From NCBI GenBank assembly GCA_043729825.1, contig JAYTLA010000042.1:482-64481 (forward strand): DNA of 64,000 nucleotides. Reading direction: 5' to 3'. Each line of letters opens with the position of its first letter. Position 1 is the first letter of the stretch. Source of the stretch: Ferruginibacter sp. (GTDB lineage Bacteria; Bacteroidota; Bacteroidia; Chitinophagales; Chitinophagaceae). Positions 20,958-33,043 of this stretch are shown in pieces. Below the pieces are notes generated by a model, which searched no databases, was not told the DNA's origin, and was given only the letters and a program-made list of their open reading frames with translations. A program made the translations under genes and the position numbers.

Positions 20958-21090
20958 AAAGCCCCTTCAAACCTCCCCGAAGGGGAGACTTACAGCCCTA
21001 AAATAAAAAGCAACATTGTTATTAATTGCAGTTTATAAGAGCTTATTTTAAATTGTTAAAAATATTTTTTCGCTTCTATGAAAGTTGAAT

Positions 21091-21165
21091 AATGGTATGC
21101 TGTACAAGTGAGTGACACAACGATGATAACCATAGCTGCTTCTTTGCTCGCAAACAAAAAATCAT
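21091..21165 (+). repeat. Dispersed ~75-bp element (second copy inverted at 37531-37612)
   Basis: AATGGTATGC-N5-AAGTGAGTGACA...ACCATAGCTG in both copies. Confidence 0.7.
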
Positions 21166-21243
21166 TCAATTTAAAAGAACTTTCTAATCCTACATAAACA
21201 TCAGTCTAAGTTCCTCCGCCAATCGGCGGGGACAGGGGGCTTC

Positions 21244-22758
<1,515 letters not shown>

Positions 22759-22788
22759 TTATTATACTTGAGGTTTCAAAATTTGCCG

Positions 22789-22796
22789 CAAAGGTA
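22789..22796 (-). promoter_or_regulatory. Bacteroidota -7 promoter element for atpD
   Basis: TACCTTTG matches TAnnTTTG, ~40 bp before the start codon. Confidence 0.65.
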
Positions 22797-23145
22797 GGGT
22801 TTGAGGGTTGTAAATAAAAATTCCTTCGGTATTTTTTTTGTGTGGTTTATGGGCAGAAGTACGTTGATGGGGCTTCGGTGCTTGCCCCTATGCTTGCGTA
22901 GGGGGCGACACTCCGTTCGACAGTATCTCTTTTGGCAGCTTTTATTGCGGAGTATATTGTCCAGTAAATTGACAATATACATCCAAGCATTTTAGAAGTA
23001 TTGAATTAGCGAGCAATGTATAAGACTAATATAAACTGTTTATTGTAAGTATCAAGTTCAAGTAGATATGTGTGTTAATAAAATTAGAAATAAAATTATA
23101 ATAAAATTGGTAAGCCAATTATAATAAAATCCTATCTTTGTACCA

Positions 23146-23200
23146 ACAGTACTCGCCACGCTACCCTTAAGATCAGCGTCCCAGGGCGAGGCTTTTGCTT
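23146..23200 (+). ncRNA. Candidate structured RNA or attenuator
   Basis: TATCTTTG (-7) at 23133-23140; stems CTCGCC/GGCGAG and ACGCT/AGCGT; T-rich tail. Confidence 0.4.
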
Positions 23201-23268
23201 TTATACAATCTCTTCATTTAGTAAACTATTTTAAAAATAAAGTTTAAATTTGTCTCAAATATTAAAAA

Positions 23269-23490
23269 ATGACAATAGTAGCCATAAGAGAGAAATTGTC
23301 TAACTATATGAAAATAGCAGATGATAAAAAAGTAAAAGCCATGTATGCTCTGTTAAAGGAAGATATAAAGTTAGAGGAGAGAATCTCAATTGAACAATAC
23401 AATAATGAAATTGCTGAAGCTGAAGCCGAGTATAAACGTGGAGAGTTTATTTCGCATGAAGAAATGATTCAAAAAATTAAACAATGGTAA
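23269..23490 (+). CDS. Putative antitoxin
   Basis: 73 aa, acidic C-half, overlaps the toxin start. Confidence 0.65.
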   Translation: MTIVAIREKLSNYMKIADDKKVKAMYALLKEDIKLEERISIEQYNNEIAEAEAEYKRGEFISHEEMIQKIKQW

Positions 23491-23789
23491 AGTCCAACTA
23501 TACTTTAGTTTGGACAAAACTTTCTTCAAAAAATATGCTTCAAATTTATAACCATATTTATGAAGATTCTCCAAAGAATGCACTTAAAGTAGTATATGAT
23601 ATTGCTAACGCAGTTGAAAAATCTATAAAAAATCCTGAGTTTTATCCACCTGATAAATATAAGAAAAACAATGATGGAAGTTATCGTGCACTTGAAAAAC
23701 ATCATTATAGAATTGCTTATAGATTCTCAAAAAATGTAATCAGGGTCCTCAGGGTACGGCATACCAAAATGGAACCCAAGCTTTATTAA
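23484..23789 (+). CDS. RelE/ParE family toxin
   Basis: YTLVWT, IYNHIYEDSP, YRIAYR, IRVLRVRH. Confidence 0.82.
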   Translation: MVKSNYTLVWTKLSSKNMLQIYNHIYEDSPKNALKVVYDIANAVEKSIKNPEFYPPDKYKKNNDGSYRALEKHHYRIAYRFSKNVIRVLRVRHTKMEPKLY

Positions 23790-23975
23790 ATTATAGTGTC
23801 TCAAGGGAACATTTTGCATAGTTTCACAAATATTTACTTTTATAGCGTGGATACAATACATTACTCTAAACTTAAAGAAATCATAAAGCTAAAACCTATT
23901 TCAACAATTTAACCAACCCGACATTATCGCTCCATTAACACAACACAATACTATAAATTCACTTAAATTTGCCTT

Positions 23976-24302
23976 GTGAAAACCTTCCTCCTCATATTCA
24001 ACCTATACCTTTTAGCATTGCCATGCATACCCTGTGGCGATGTGCAGGTTTGTGTGAGCAAAACGGCAACAACTTCACAGCTTAAAAAAGAAAGCAACCA
24101 CAAGGAAGAACATAAAGATGATACTTGCACACCTTTTTGCCATTGCACTTGTTGTACAACCTCTATTATTTTTACCGCCATTGCTACTCCAAAAACGGCT
24201 ATAAGTTATTTTAAAAAACAGCAGTATGTATCGTTATCTACTGACTATATATCTAACAACCACCATGCCATTTGGCAGCCTCCAAAGCAAATAGTAGCAT
24301 AA
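23976..24302 (+). CDS. DUF6660-like Cys/His-rich small protein (GTG start)
   Basis: LPCIPCGD, CTPFCHCTCC, C-terminal IWQPPK; precedes a TBDR. Confidence 0.75.
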   Translation: MKTFLLIFNLYLLALPCIPCGDVQVCVSKTATTSQLKKESNHKEEHKDDTCTPFCHCTCCTTSIIFTAIATPKTAISYFKKQQYVSLSTDYISNNHHAIWQPPKQIVA

Positions 24303-24381
24303 TTTAATTTACACTTTATTCAATTGCATGTATCCAATGGTATTGGCATACATCAACATTTTTTACTTATCATATATTTTT

Positions 24382-26601
24382 ATGCATAAAATTATTTTGT
24401 GCATTGCTATACTATTTATAGGCAGCAATGTACTAGCACAGCATTCGTTTAGTGCTATTATAAAAGATAGTAGTACAAACCAACCACTCGTAGGAGCTAC
24501 TGTGGTATTAAAAGAAAAAAAACGCACTATACTTGCAGATAGCCTAGGGGCCGTACATACAGCCAATATGCCAGAAGGTAAAAACACTTTTATAATAAGC
24601 TTTGTGGGCTATGAAAGCAATACCATTACCATGCAATTTCCACTAGCAGATAGTACACAAATTGTATATTTTTACCTTACAAAAAAAGAAGCGGAAGAAG
24701 ATAAACTTGAAGAAATAATTGTATCGAGCACACGTACAAGCCGCACCATAAACAATACACCCACCAGAGTAGAAACAATAGACTTAGAAGAAATAGATGA
24801 GAAAAGCAATATGAAACCTGCCAATGTATCTATGATTTTGCATGAGAGTACGGGCATACAAGTACAACAAACCTCTGCTACTAGTGGCAATGCTAGCATA
24901 CGCTTACAAGGGCTAGATGGGCGCTACACGCAATTGCTAAAAGATGGCTATGCCACATTTGGAAACTTTGCAAGTGGATTAAGCATTTTAGAAATACCAC
25001 CACTCGATTTAAAACAAGTAGAAATAATAAAAGGCCCAGCATCTACTTTATATGGTGCAGGTGCAATAGCAGGTGTTGTAAATTTTATTAGTAGAACACC
25101 AAAAGAAAAATTGAATGTAAATGTAATTTTAAACCAATCAAATGTAGGGCAAACAAATATTGGTGTATTTGCCATGCAGCGAAATAAAAAAATTGGGTTT
25201 AGCATGCTAGCATTAATAAACAATCAAAATAAATACGATGTGGACAAAGATGATTTTACAGAACTTCCAAAGTCGTCAGATTTTACACTACACCCAAAAT
25301 TATTTTTGTACCCTACAGAAAACAGCAGCATTGTAATAGGCAATAGTTTTAATAGAGGTAAAAGAACAGGCGGTGATATTAATGTTATAAATGGAAAGGC
25401 AGATAACTATCATACGTATTTTGAGGCCAACAATACTACAAGAAATACTACCACACTAGATTACACACAGCACTTCAAAAATAAGGATAAGCTTACGCTA
25501 AAATCCAGCTTTAGCTATTTTAAAAGATTTATTGCTATACCAAATTATAGCCCAAGCATTATCACCAATAATTTTATGGGCATCAATAATAACAACTTCA
25601 ATGATATTTCGTATGTAAAAAATTTAAAAAACCAAACGCTCATTTTTGGAACAAATTTTATTATAGATAATTTTGAAGAAAAAGTATTAAACGCAACGCC
25701 AAGAAATTTTAAAACAAGTACGTGGGGCATTTATGCACAGCATACTTGGGATGCTACAGAAAAACTAAAATTAGAAAGTGGCGTAAGAATAGACAGAGTT
25801 AATTATTCAAACCAGTTGTATCAAAAAACAGAAAGCTTTTTTCTGCCAAGAATATCTGCATTGTATAAATTTAACAACAAATGGAGCAGCCGTATTGGTG
25901 CAGGTTTAGGATATAAAACACCAAGCATGTTTACAGAACTTACAGAAACCATACAATACCAAAATGTATTGCCTTTAAATAATGTTGTAAGCGAAAGAAG
26001 TATTGGTGGTACTGCAGATGTAAACTATAAAACCAAAATAAACCAAGCAATAGACTTTAGCATTAACCAAATGTTTTTTTATACAACCATAAAAAACAGT
26101 AGCATTCTACAACAAAACATAGCCGCCGATTATTATTTTGTAAATACCAATAAACCTGTGCAAAGTGCAGGTTTTGAAACAAACCTTAAATTTGTTTACA
26201 AAGAAAATTTTAAATTTTTTGCAGGATATACTTTCACCAATGCAAAGGCTACATACATAAATGGCAATCAATTTTTGACACTCTTACCAAAAAATAAATT
26301 AAACCTAGCGCTTGTATATGAAAAAGAAGATAAAATTAAAATTGGATTAGAAGGTTATTTTACAGGCAAGCAATATTTATCTAATGGTACAGAAACACCA
26401 AGCTTTGCAGAGTTTGGTTTTATGGTAGAAAAAATCTTAGGAAAATTTTCTATTTTTATAAATGCTGAAAACTTTACGGATGTAAGGCAAAGCAGATACA
26501 AGCGTGTAGTAAACGAACCGCACAACAACCCAACATTTGATGAGATATGGACACATACAGAAGGGCGTACAATAAATGGTGGTATAAAGTTTAAACTGTA
26601 A
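24382..26601 (+). CDS. TonB-dependent receptor (start moved to MHKIIL)
   Basis: Signal peptide, CarboxypepD-like domain, EEIIVSSTR, VEIIKGPASTLYG, terminal GIKFKL. Confidence 0.92.
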   Translation: MHKIILCIAILFIGSNVLAQHSFSAIIKDSSTNQPLVGATVVLKEKKRTILADSLGAVHTANMPEGKNTFIISFVGYESNTITMQFPLADSTQIVYFYLTKKEAEEDKLEEIIVSSTRTSRTINNTPTRVETIDLEEIDEKSNMKPANVSMILHESTGIQVQQTSATSGNASIRLQGLDGRYTQLLKDGYATFGNFASGLSILEIPPLDLKQVEIIKGPASTLYGAGAIAGVVNFISRTPKEKLNVNVILNQSNVGQTNIGVFAMQRNKKIGFSMLALINNQNKYDVDKDDFTELPKSSDFTLHPKLFLYPTENSSIVIGNSFNRGKRTGGDINVINGKADNYHTYFEANNTTRNTTTLDYTQHFKNKDKLTLKSSFSYFKRFIAIPNYSPSIITNNFMGINNNNFNDISYVKNLKNQTLIFGTNFIIDNFEEKVLNATPRNFKTSTWGIYAQHTWDATEKLKLESGVRIDRVNYSNQLYQKTESFFLPRISALYKFNNKWSSRIGAGLGYKTPSMFTELTETIQYQNVLPLNNVVSERSIGGTADVNYKTKINQAIDFSINQMFFYTTIKNSSILQQNIAADYYFVNTNKPVQSAGFETNLKFVYKENFKFFAGYTFTNAKATYINGNQFLTLLPKNKLNLALVYEKEDKIKIGLEGYFTGKQYLSNGTETPSFAEFGFMVEKILGKFSIFINAENFTDVRQSRYKRVVNEPHNNPTFDEIWTHTEGRTINGGIKFKL

Positions 26602-26635
26602 GAAAGTATTGAGTATTTAGATTAAAAAACATAAA

Positions 26636-27232
26636 ATGATTTTACACATATATTTACCCATCTATTTATTATTATATCTGCTACTAGCATTTGTAATACC
26701 TACCTACAAAACATACAAAGCCACAGGTATTAATCCCATTACATTTGGCAAGGCAGATAATGCACATGATTATATTGGCTTTGTAATGAAAATATTTATA
26801 GGCTTACTTTTTGTAACGGTATTGTTATTTTCATTTGGTAATACAGCATACCAATATTGTTCACCCATTTTATTTTTAGAAAATAATAAAACACAATTTG
26901 TAGGGCTAGTCCTAATTCATATTTCTTTAATATGGATAGCCATTGCACAATACCAGATGAGCAAAAGTTGGCGTATTGGTATAGATGAGAAAAACAAAAC
27001 CAATTTGATTACAAAAGGTATTTTCTCCATAAGCAGAAACCCTATTTTTTTGGGAATGATTGTAAGTGTGCTTGGCCTTTTTTTTATACTACCAAATGCA
27101 TTAAGTTTTTTTACAGCTGTAGCTACTTACTTTATTATACACATACAAATAAGATTGGAAGAAGCGTTTTTGCTAGGGCAACATGGTGAGCAATATTTGG
27201 GTTATAAGAAAAAAACAAGGAGGTTGATTTAA
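26636..27232 (+). CDS. ICMT/PEMT-family membrane methyltransferase
   Basis: SWRIGID, LITKGIFSISRNPIFLG, IRLEEAFL. Confidence 0.85.
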   Translation: MILHIYLPIYLLLYLLLAFVIPTYKTYKATGINPITFGKADNAHDYIGFVMKIFIGLLFVTVLLFSFGNTAYQYCSPILFLENNKTQFVGLVLIHISLIWIAIAQYQMSKSWRIGIDEKNKTNLITKGIFSISRNPIFLGMIVSVLGLFFILPNALSFFTAVATYFIIHIQIRLEEAFLLGQHGEQYLGYKKKTRRLI

Positions 27233-27283
27233 CTAAATAAACCACAAATACATATTCGTGCATTCATAGCTTATCAATACCTT

Positions 27284-29491
27284 TTACAACTTCGCCCCCA
27301 CACTCACAAAAAACGTTCTCCCATCTGCAGGTAATGCACCAGGCCCAGGGTAGCCCCCAGCACGGCGGGTAAAATAGGTTTTATCAAAAACATTGTTTAA
27401 TCCTGCTTTTATTTTTATGCCTTTTACCAATTTATAAGCAGCTGTAATATCGGTAATCGTATAAGAAGGAATTAATCCATTCTGTGCATTTGCAGTTGGC
27501 GTTTCTGTATTATTGGCATCACTGTATGTAGCACCTACACTACTGAGTTGTGTGGTAAATAATAATTCTTTATAGCCAAATGTTATTCCTCCTCTAAAAA
27601 TATGTTGCGGTGCATTCTCTACAAACTTCCCTTTGGTAGATGCGTCTTTATGGTCGCCGCTATACTTGGCATTTGTAAAACTGTATGAGCCAAAAATAAT
27701 GATATCTAATTTTTTATTTTTTGCCAATGCCTTTATTGGATTAACTTCTACATATCCTTCAAAACCTTTGCTAGTGCTTGCTCCCACATTTGTAACAAGC
27801 CTATACGTAGCACCCGCAGGGGTAATACTTCCTATACGATTGTTGTATTGCAAATAATAGCCACTCACATCAAACTGTACATAATTTTTTATTTTTCCTC
27901 TATAGCCCAAATCAATATTATATCCTTTTGCATCTTTCAAATTATCATCTACCACATCGGTACTTGGTGGTGCTTGTAAGTTTGCAAATTGTATAGGTCT
28001 ATATGCTTGCGATGCATTGGCATATATTTCAGTTGTGTTCGTTACATGATACTCTGCACCAATACCTGCCAATAAAAAACTACGACTGCGTTGTATATTT
28101 TGTAAAATTATTTCTTGCCCTAAGTTAGTGTATCCATTGCGCCCGCTTGCTGCGCCTTGCAGCCACTCGTATCTTACGGCAGGTATGAGCAATATTTTTT
28201 TACCTACACGAAAAATATTTTCTACAAATGCGGCTATATTTTTAGAATTAAATTGTACATCTCTTGGATACTCCGCAAGTGTGCTTACATCATAATCTGT
28301 GCCTGTAGTTCCTTTTCCATCTGTCCTTCGTGAGGTAGTGCCAGTATAAAAACGCACACCGCCTGAAATCGTATTTTTCATTTTACCCAAACTATAATCC
28401 GTAATGATTCTACTTTCTAAACCATAGTTTCTATAATTATCTATGTTCACTATTCTATTTTTATAAGCCAATGTAGCAGGATTAATACTATCTTTTTCAG
28501 TAATGGATTGCAAAAAACCTACACTGTTTCTATCTCCAATGGTACCATATAATTTTGTGTTCCAAATGGTATTATCATTTATTTTATAATTAGCAATGAT
28601 GGCAGGTGTTGTCCATGTTATATCAAACCAATTTCTGCTTCTAAAACTTTGTTGTGCATTTTCTTTTAGCTGCGCATCGGTAAGCCCACCTGGCTGCTGG
28701 CTGCGTATATGCGAGCGCATTAGCTCTGCAGTTAATGAAAACTTTTTTGTAAAATGATAGGTTACTGTTCCATATCCTGCATTGGAAAAGTAAGCACTGT
28801 TTTCTCGCCATCCATTTCCATTTCTATGATCAAAAAAACTGTAATAATTTATGTTGCCTTTTTTACCGCCAATGGCATTGTAACTATTAAATAACCCATT
28901 GCTGCCAATGGTTTGTTGTGTTTCAAATTCTATGGGCTTATTTATTTCGCTACCATTGCGCAAAATATAATTTACCATACCGCCAAACTGTGGCCCATAT
29001 TGCAAAGCGCCTTGCCCTCTTACTATTTCTATACGTTGTACGGCTTGCAATTGTGGGTTATAATATGCTTCGGGATAGCCAAAGGGATCAGCAGCAATAT
29101 CATATCCATTTTGGCGTACATTAAATTCCCAACTTCTATTTGGGCTAAGCCCACGGGCTGCAATACCAATCTGTATGCCACTTGGGTCGCTCTCCCAAAT
29201 GTGAATACCAGGCACTTTTGCTAACACTTGTCTCATATTATTGGTCACCACATTGCCCTGCACATTGTCCATCACAATCAATGCATTTTTTTTACCAGCA
29301 TAAATATTGGTGCCCACAATTTCCGGCATTTGTTGGTAATCGCTTTTACTGTTTCTCCCTACTACTGTTATGTCTTGTAGATTTTTAATATGGGTAGTAT
29401 CTTCCATACTTTTCACCTCTTTTGCTTGTGCTACACAAATTTCATGTTGCAAAAAAAATATACAAATTGCCATAGCTACCTTTATAAACAT
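27284..29491 (-). CDS. TonB-dependent receptor, FecA-like
   Basis: IAARGLSPNRS, IEIVRGQGALQYG, NNVFDKTYFTRR. Confidence 0.9.
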   Translation of the reverse strand: MFIKVAMAICIFFLQHEICVAQAKEVKSMEDTTHIKNLQDITVVGRNSKSDYQQMPEIVGTNIYAGKKNALIVMDNVQGNVVTNNMRQVLAKVPGIHIWESDPSGIQIGIAARGLSPNRSWEFNVRQNGYDIAADPFGYPEAYYNPQLQAVQRIEIVRGQGALQYGPQFGGMVNYILRNGSEINKPIEFETQQTIGSNGLFNSYNAIGGKKGNINYYSFFDHRNGNGWRENSAYFSNAGYGTVTYHFTKKFSLTAELMRSHIRSQQPGGLTDAQLKENAQQSFRSRNWFDITWTTPAIIANYKINDNTIWNTKLYGTIGDRNSVGFLQSITEKDSINPATLAYKNRIVNIDNYRNYGLESRIITDYSLGKMKNTISGGVRFYTGTTSRRTDGKGTTGTDYDVSTLAEYPRDVQFNSKNIAAFVENIFRVGKKILLIPAVRYEWLQGAASGRNGYTNLGQEIILQNIQRSRSFLLAGIGAEYHVTNTTEIYANASQAYRPIQFANLQAPPSTDVVDDNLKDAKGYNIDLGYRGKIKNYVQFDVSGYYLQYNNRIGSITPAGATYRLVTNVGASTSKGFEGYVEVNPIKALAKNKKLDIIIFGSYSFTNAKYSGDHKDASTKGKFVENAPQHIFRGGITFGYKELLFTTQLSSVGATYSDANNTETPTANAQNGLIPSYTITDITAAYKLVKGIKIKAGLNNVFDKTYFTRRAGGYPGPGALPADGRTFFVSVGAKL

Positions 29492-29615
29492 CTACTTCTT
29501 ATTTAGGCAGCAAAAATCTTTACTTTTATTGTTAAGAGATATAGCTATCGGGAAAATGGTTTACATATTTGGGAAAATAAATGGTTTCAAATCAAAGTAT
29601 TTAATACCCTTTCGT

Positions 29616-30089
29616 TTATAATGCACTTTTTAGTAGTTTTATTAGATGGCTACCGCTAATATAATCTGATATTTGAAAAATGATTTCAAAGTCTGCATTT
29701 AAAAAGCAAAGTGTTGGATATGCTATTTTGTTATTCACAATGGCAAGTTGTTCTGCTAATTGGTGAATACCATTATTATTGCCTGTTGGTTTATACTTAA
29801 GAGATTGTCCTTTAAACAGTACAGTTCTTTTTTCCTCAGCATTAAACTCAATAAAGTAAAAATTGTTATTGAGTTGGTTAACAATTTTTTTGTCTTTTAA
29901 TGTAGTATTTTTCATTGTATGGCAATACTTGCACCAATCTGTATAAATGAAAATAACAACTGTTCTCTTCTCTATTTTTTGTAAACTATCTATTTGCTCA
30001 AAGGGAAAAGTTTTGAGTTGTGCAAATGCAAGTGTAGGATGCAAGATGCACCCAACAAAAAAAAGTATTAATAATTTATTTTTTTTCAT
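29616..30089 (-). CDS. Exported thioredoxin-family protein
   Basis: Signal peptide, WCKYC, YPT cis-Pro loop. Confidence 0.88.
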   Translation of the reverse strand: MKKNKLLILFFVGCILHPTLAFAQLKTFPFEQIDSLQKIEKRTVVIFIYTDWCKYCHTMKNTTLKDKKIVNQLNNNFYFIEFNAEEKRTVLFKGQSLKYKPTGNNNGIHQLAEQLAIVNNKIAYPTLCFLNADFEIIFQISDYISGSHLIKLLKSAL

Positions 30090-32377
30090 TTTAAATTAAT
30101 TCTCACACCTAAAAAAGCCCTGACAGCCTGTGTGGGTGCATATATATAATTTGTGTCAAAAGTAAGTGCATAAGGGTTTGTAGCCGTAGGTAGTACATTT
30201 CCGTTTGTATCAAATTGTACATTTTTGTCAAATGGGTCTTTGCTACCCGCTATAATAAATGGATTGTTTTCTTTAAAAGGTGTCCAATTCAATAAATTTT
30301 TTACGCCTCCATAAATTTCTACATTTTTAAATTTGTCATATACCAATTGTATGTTTTGAATACTCCACCAAGGTGATGTAGTTTTGCGTGGATCCAAACC
30401 ACCAAGGGTTGGTAGTTTCATTGGGCTATAAACATTTCCTGTATAGTCAATTGCTAAATGTATTTTTTTAATACTGTAAGAAACCGCCCAAGTTCCTGTA
30501 AATTTTTCGGTTAATAATTGCTGGGTTGTTACAGTATTTTGGCTTAATGTATTTTCCATGAGTGTGCCGCCTGTAATAATTTTTAATCCATTGCTAAATG
30601 CAATATCTATATTTAAAGTTATGCCTTTACTTACTGCATAGCCATTTAAGTTTCCGTAAATTATTTTGTTTGGGTCTGTTAAAAAATCGCCAACAATTCT
30701 GTTATTAAAATAGGTGTAAAAAATAGAACCATCTAAACCAATGAAAGCGCCATTTTTTGTATATATTTTTTTGATGTAATTAATATTGGCATTGTAAGAT
30801 TTTTCAGGTTTTAATTCACTTTTTAATTCTACTACTCTTGCACCTGTAAGTGCAGCATGATCTTCTGTAAATAAATTTACAACCCTAAAGCCTGTACCTG
30901 CATTTAAGCGAATAATGTTTTTATCATTAATGCTGTACTTGTATCCTATTCTTGGTGTAAAAATATTCCCGTGTACAGAATTGTTATCGTAGCGAACACC
31001 TAATAATAATTTTTGTTTTTTTGCGATGGTAATTTCATCTTGTATAAAAATGCCTGGCAACCAAATTTTTTGAGGTTTATTTTTTGAGCTTATGGTATCA
31101 GCATTTGCGGTGGCAGGTGTGTTATCATCATAATAAGTATAGCGTATAGCTGCCCCAAAAAGCAAATCGTTTTTGCCAATTGTTTTATCCCAAGCAAGTT
31201 GTGCAAAGCTAATACTTTGCTTTGCAATATAAGATGTAGTACCGTATCTACTATCTTGATTGTGGGTATTAAAAGAAAAAGAAAGCATTAATTTTTCTCT
31301 GGTGGGTAGTTGATAATTACCTAATAATTCGTAGCGGCTTGTATAAATACTTTCCCCATAAATACTGTCTCCACCTCTAAATGTTTTATTCCATTTCATA
31401 TCACCACCCCAACGGTCTTCATACATAAACCTACCTGCAAGGCTAAACAAACGATTTTCTTTTCTATCAAAATTCCATTTTTGAAAAATGGAAGTTCTAT
31501 TTTGCAAAGTCATATCGGTAAAATTGTCCTTGTTCTTATCAATTGTATTTTGAAAGTTAAAATAGTTTATACCCGTAAGTATCGTTGCTTTTTTTCCAGC
31601 CTTTAATTTAAAACCTAAGTCAGCGTTCAATTCGTTCCAAGAGGTTGTAAAAATGTCTGCTGAAAACATTGCTGCATTTTGTGGCTTTTTTGTAATGATA
31701 TTTATTAATCCACCAACGGCCTCGCTGCCATACAATGAAGAAGCAGGGCCTTTTACAATTTCAATTCTTTCTACCAATGAGTTTGGAATACCCGATAAAC
31801 CATACACAGTGGAAAGACTACTTACAATAGGCATTCCGTCAATTAGAACCATTGTATAAGGCCCTTCCAAACCATTTATATGTATGTCTCCAGTATTACA
31901 AACATTGCAATTCAATTGTGGTCTTACACCATTTACATTTTGCAATGCTTCATAAATATTTGCTGTTGGGTTTTTCTTAAAATAAGTAGGAGAATATACT
32001 TCCACATTTACAGGGCTTTCTAATCTTCTTGTAGATTTTTGTGTTCCTGTAACTACAACTTCATTTAAACTATTTAATAAATTTGCTAATGCAAAATTAA
32101 CTATCAAACTGTCACCATCTTTTACAGTAATACTCTTTTCAATTTTGCTATAACCAACACAACTCGCTTTTAATTTGTATGTTCCCGCTGAAATATTTTT
32201 TAGTGTATAATTTCCTACGCTGTCTGTAATTACACCAACTGTGGTACCCTGCACAATTATATTTGCAAATTCTAGTGGGCTATTTTGTGTGGTTACTTTT
32301 CCTGTTAAAGTTGCTGTTTGCGCATTTGCTATTTGTGCTAATAGTATTAATATAGTAAGGCTAAATGTATTTTTCAT
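30086..32377 (-). CDS. TonB-dependent receptor with CxxC in plug (metal-uptake type)
   Basis: EVVVTGT, RPQLNCNVCNTGD, IEIVKGPASSLYG. Confidence 0.92.
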   Translation of the reverse strand: MKNTFSLTILILLAQIANAQTATLTGKVTTQNSPLEFANIIVQGTTVGVITDSVGNYTLKNISAGTYKLKASCVGYSKIEKSITVKDGDSLIVNFALANLLNSLNEVVVTGTQKSTRRLESPVNVEVYSPTYFKKNPTANIYEALQNVNGVRPQLNCNVCNTGDIHINGLEGPYTMVLIDGMPIVSSLSTVYGLSGIPNSLVERIEIVKGPASSLYGSEAVGGLINIITKKPQNAAMFSADIFTTSWNELNADLGFKLKAGKKATILTGINYFNFQNTIDKNKDNFTDMTLQNRTSIFQKWNFDRKENRLFSLAGRFMYEDRWGGDMKWNKTFRGGDSIYGESIYTSRYELLGNYQLPTREKLMLSFSFNTHNQDSRYGTTSYIAKQSISFAQLAWDKTIGKNDLLFGAAIRYTYYDDNTPATANADTISSKNKPQKIWLPGIFIQDEITIAKKQKLLLGVRYDNNSVHGNIFTPRIGYKYSINDKNIIRLNAGTGFRVVNLFTEDHAALTGARVVELKSELKPEKSYNANINYIKKIYTKNGAFIGLDGSIFYTYFNNRIVGDFLTDPNKIIYGNLNGYAVSKGITLNIDIAFSNGLKIITGGTLMENTLSQNTVTTQQLLTEKFTGTWAVSYSIKKIHLAIDYTGNVYSPMKLPTLGGLDPRKTTSPWWSIQNIQLVYDKFKNVEIYGGVKNLLNWTPFKENNPFIIAGSKDPFDKNVQFDTNGNVLPTATNPYALTFDTNYIYAPTQAVRAFLGVRINLK

Positions 32378-32418
32378 TTTTTAATACTTTCTAAAGTTTG
32401 TTTTGCAAAAATACTAAA

Positions 32419-32434
32419 GTTAGGCTAACCTAAC
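32419..32434. promoter_or_regulatory. DtxR/MntR-like operator at the TBDR promoter
   Basis: GTTAGG-CTAA-CCTAAC inverted repeat; TATTTTTG -7 element on minus strand at 32406-32413. Confidence 0.7.
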
Positions 32435-32635
32435 AAATAAATTATAACTACATAACTAATTATTGTCTATACATTTTACCGATTGCAAATAATTGTGCTT
32501 TCAATATTGGCGTTTGTATCTTCTTATCATTATAGTTCTCAAAAATTTGCACATACAAGCAGGTAGCTCTATCTGATAGAATAGCTATTCATAACAAGAG
32601 TCGAAAATTTAAAAGCCAAAAAAAAGAATTTACGT

Positions 32636-33005
32636 ATGAAAATATTTACAAACAATAAATCCATCACACGCTCAACCATACTTTGGAAATATGTAGTAAA
32701 TAAAAATTTTGAATTTAGATTGATTACCAAAGCCAATACGATAAAATTTTTCGAAAGACTTAGTGCTTATCATTATTGATTTTAAAGTAAGTGTGCGTGT
32801 ATTACAGAAAAATTGAGCGCTCATATAGATTTGTATGGCTTTGCACCACAAAACCAATCTGCAGACCATAGAGCTAGTGGGGCTTTACTTATTTAATATG
32901 TAACGATATAATGGTAGATATTTCGGGAGGATTTGGTATTATCAAATAATCTCCTGATAATTATTTTGCGTTAGACTTTTCTTATCGGTTTAATTCAAAA
33001 ACTCC
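32636..33005 (+). pseudogene. Decayed outer-membrane transporter gene (Phenol_MetA_deg-like)
   Basis: Fragments STILWKYVVNKNFEFRLIT, LYGFAPQNQSADH, DIMVDISGGFGI, PDNYFALDFSYRF separated by stops and frameshifts; family recognised from memory. Confidence 0.55.
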
Positions 33006-33043
33006 TAAGCAATAATTTAACTGCTTATGCCTATTTTTGGCAA

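Noticed and set aside
22850-22935. GC-richer hairpin patch upstream of atpD (GCCCCTATGCTTGCGTAGGGGGC)
   Set aside because: Single degenerate copy, probably repeat debris; no assignable RNA family
32672-32869. 65-aa minus-strand ORF
   Set aside because: Antisense to the plus-strand transporter remnant
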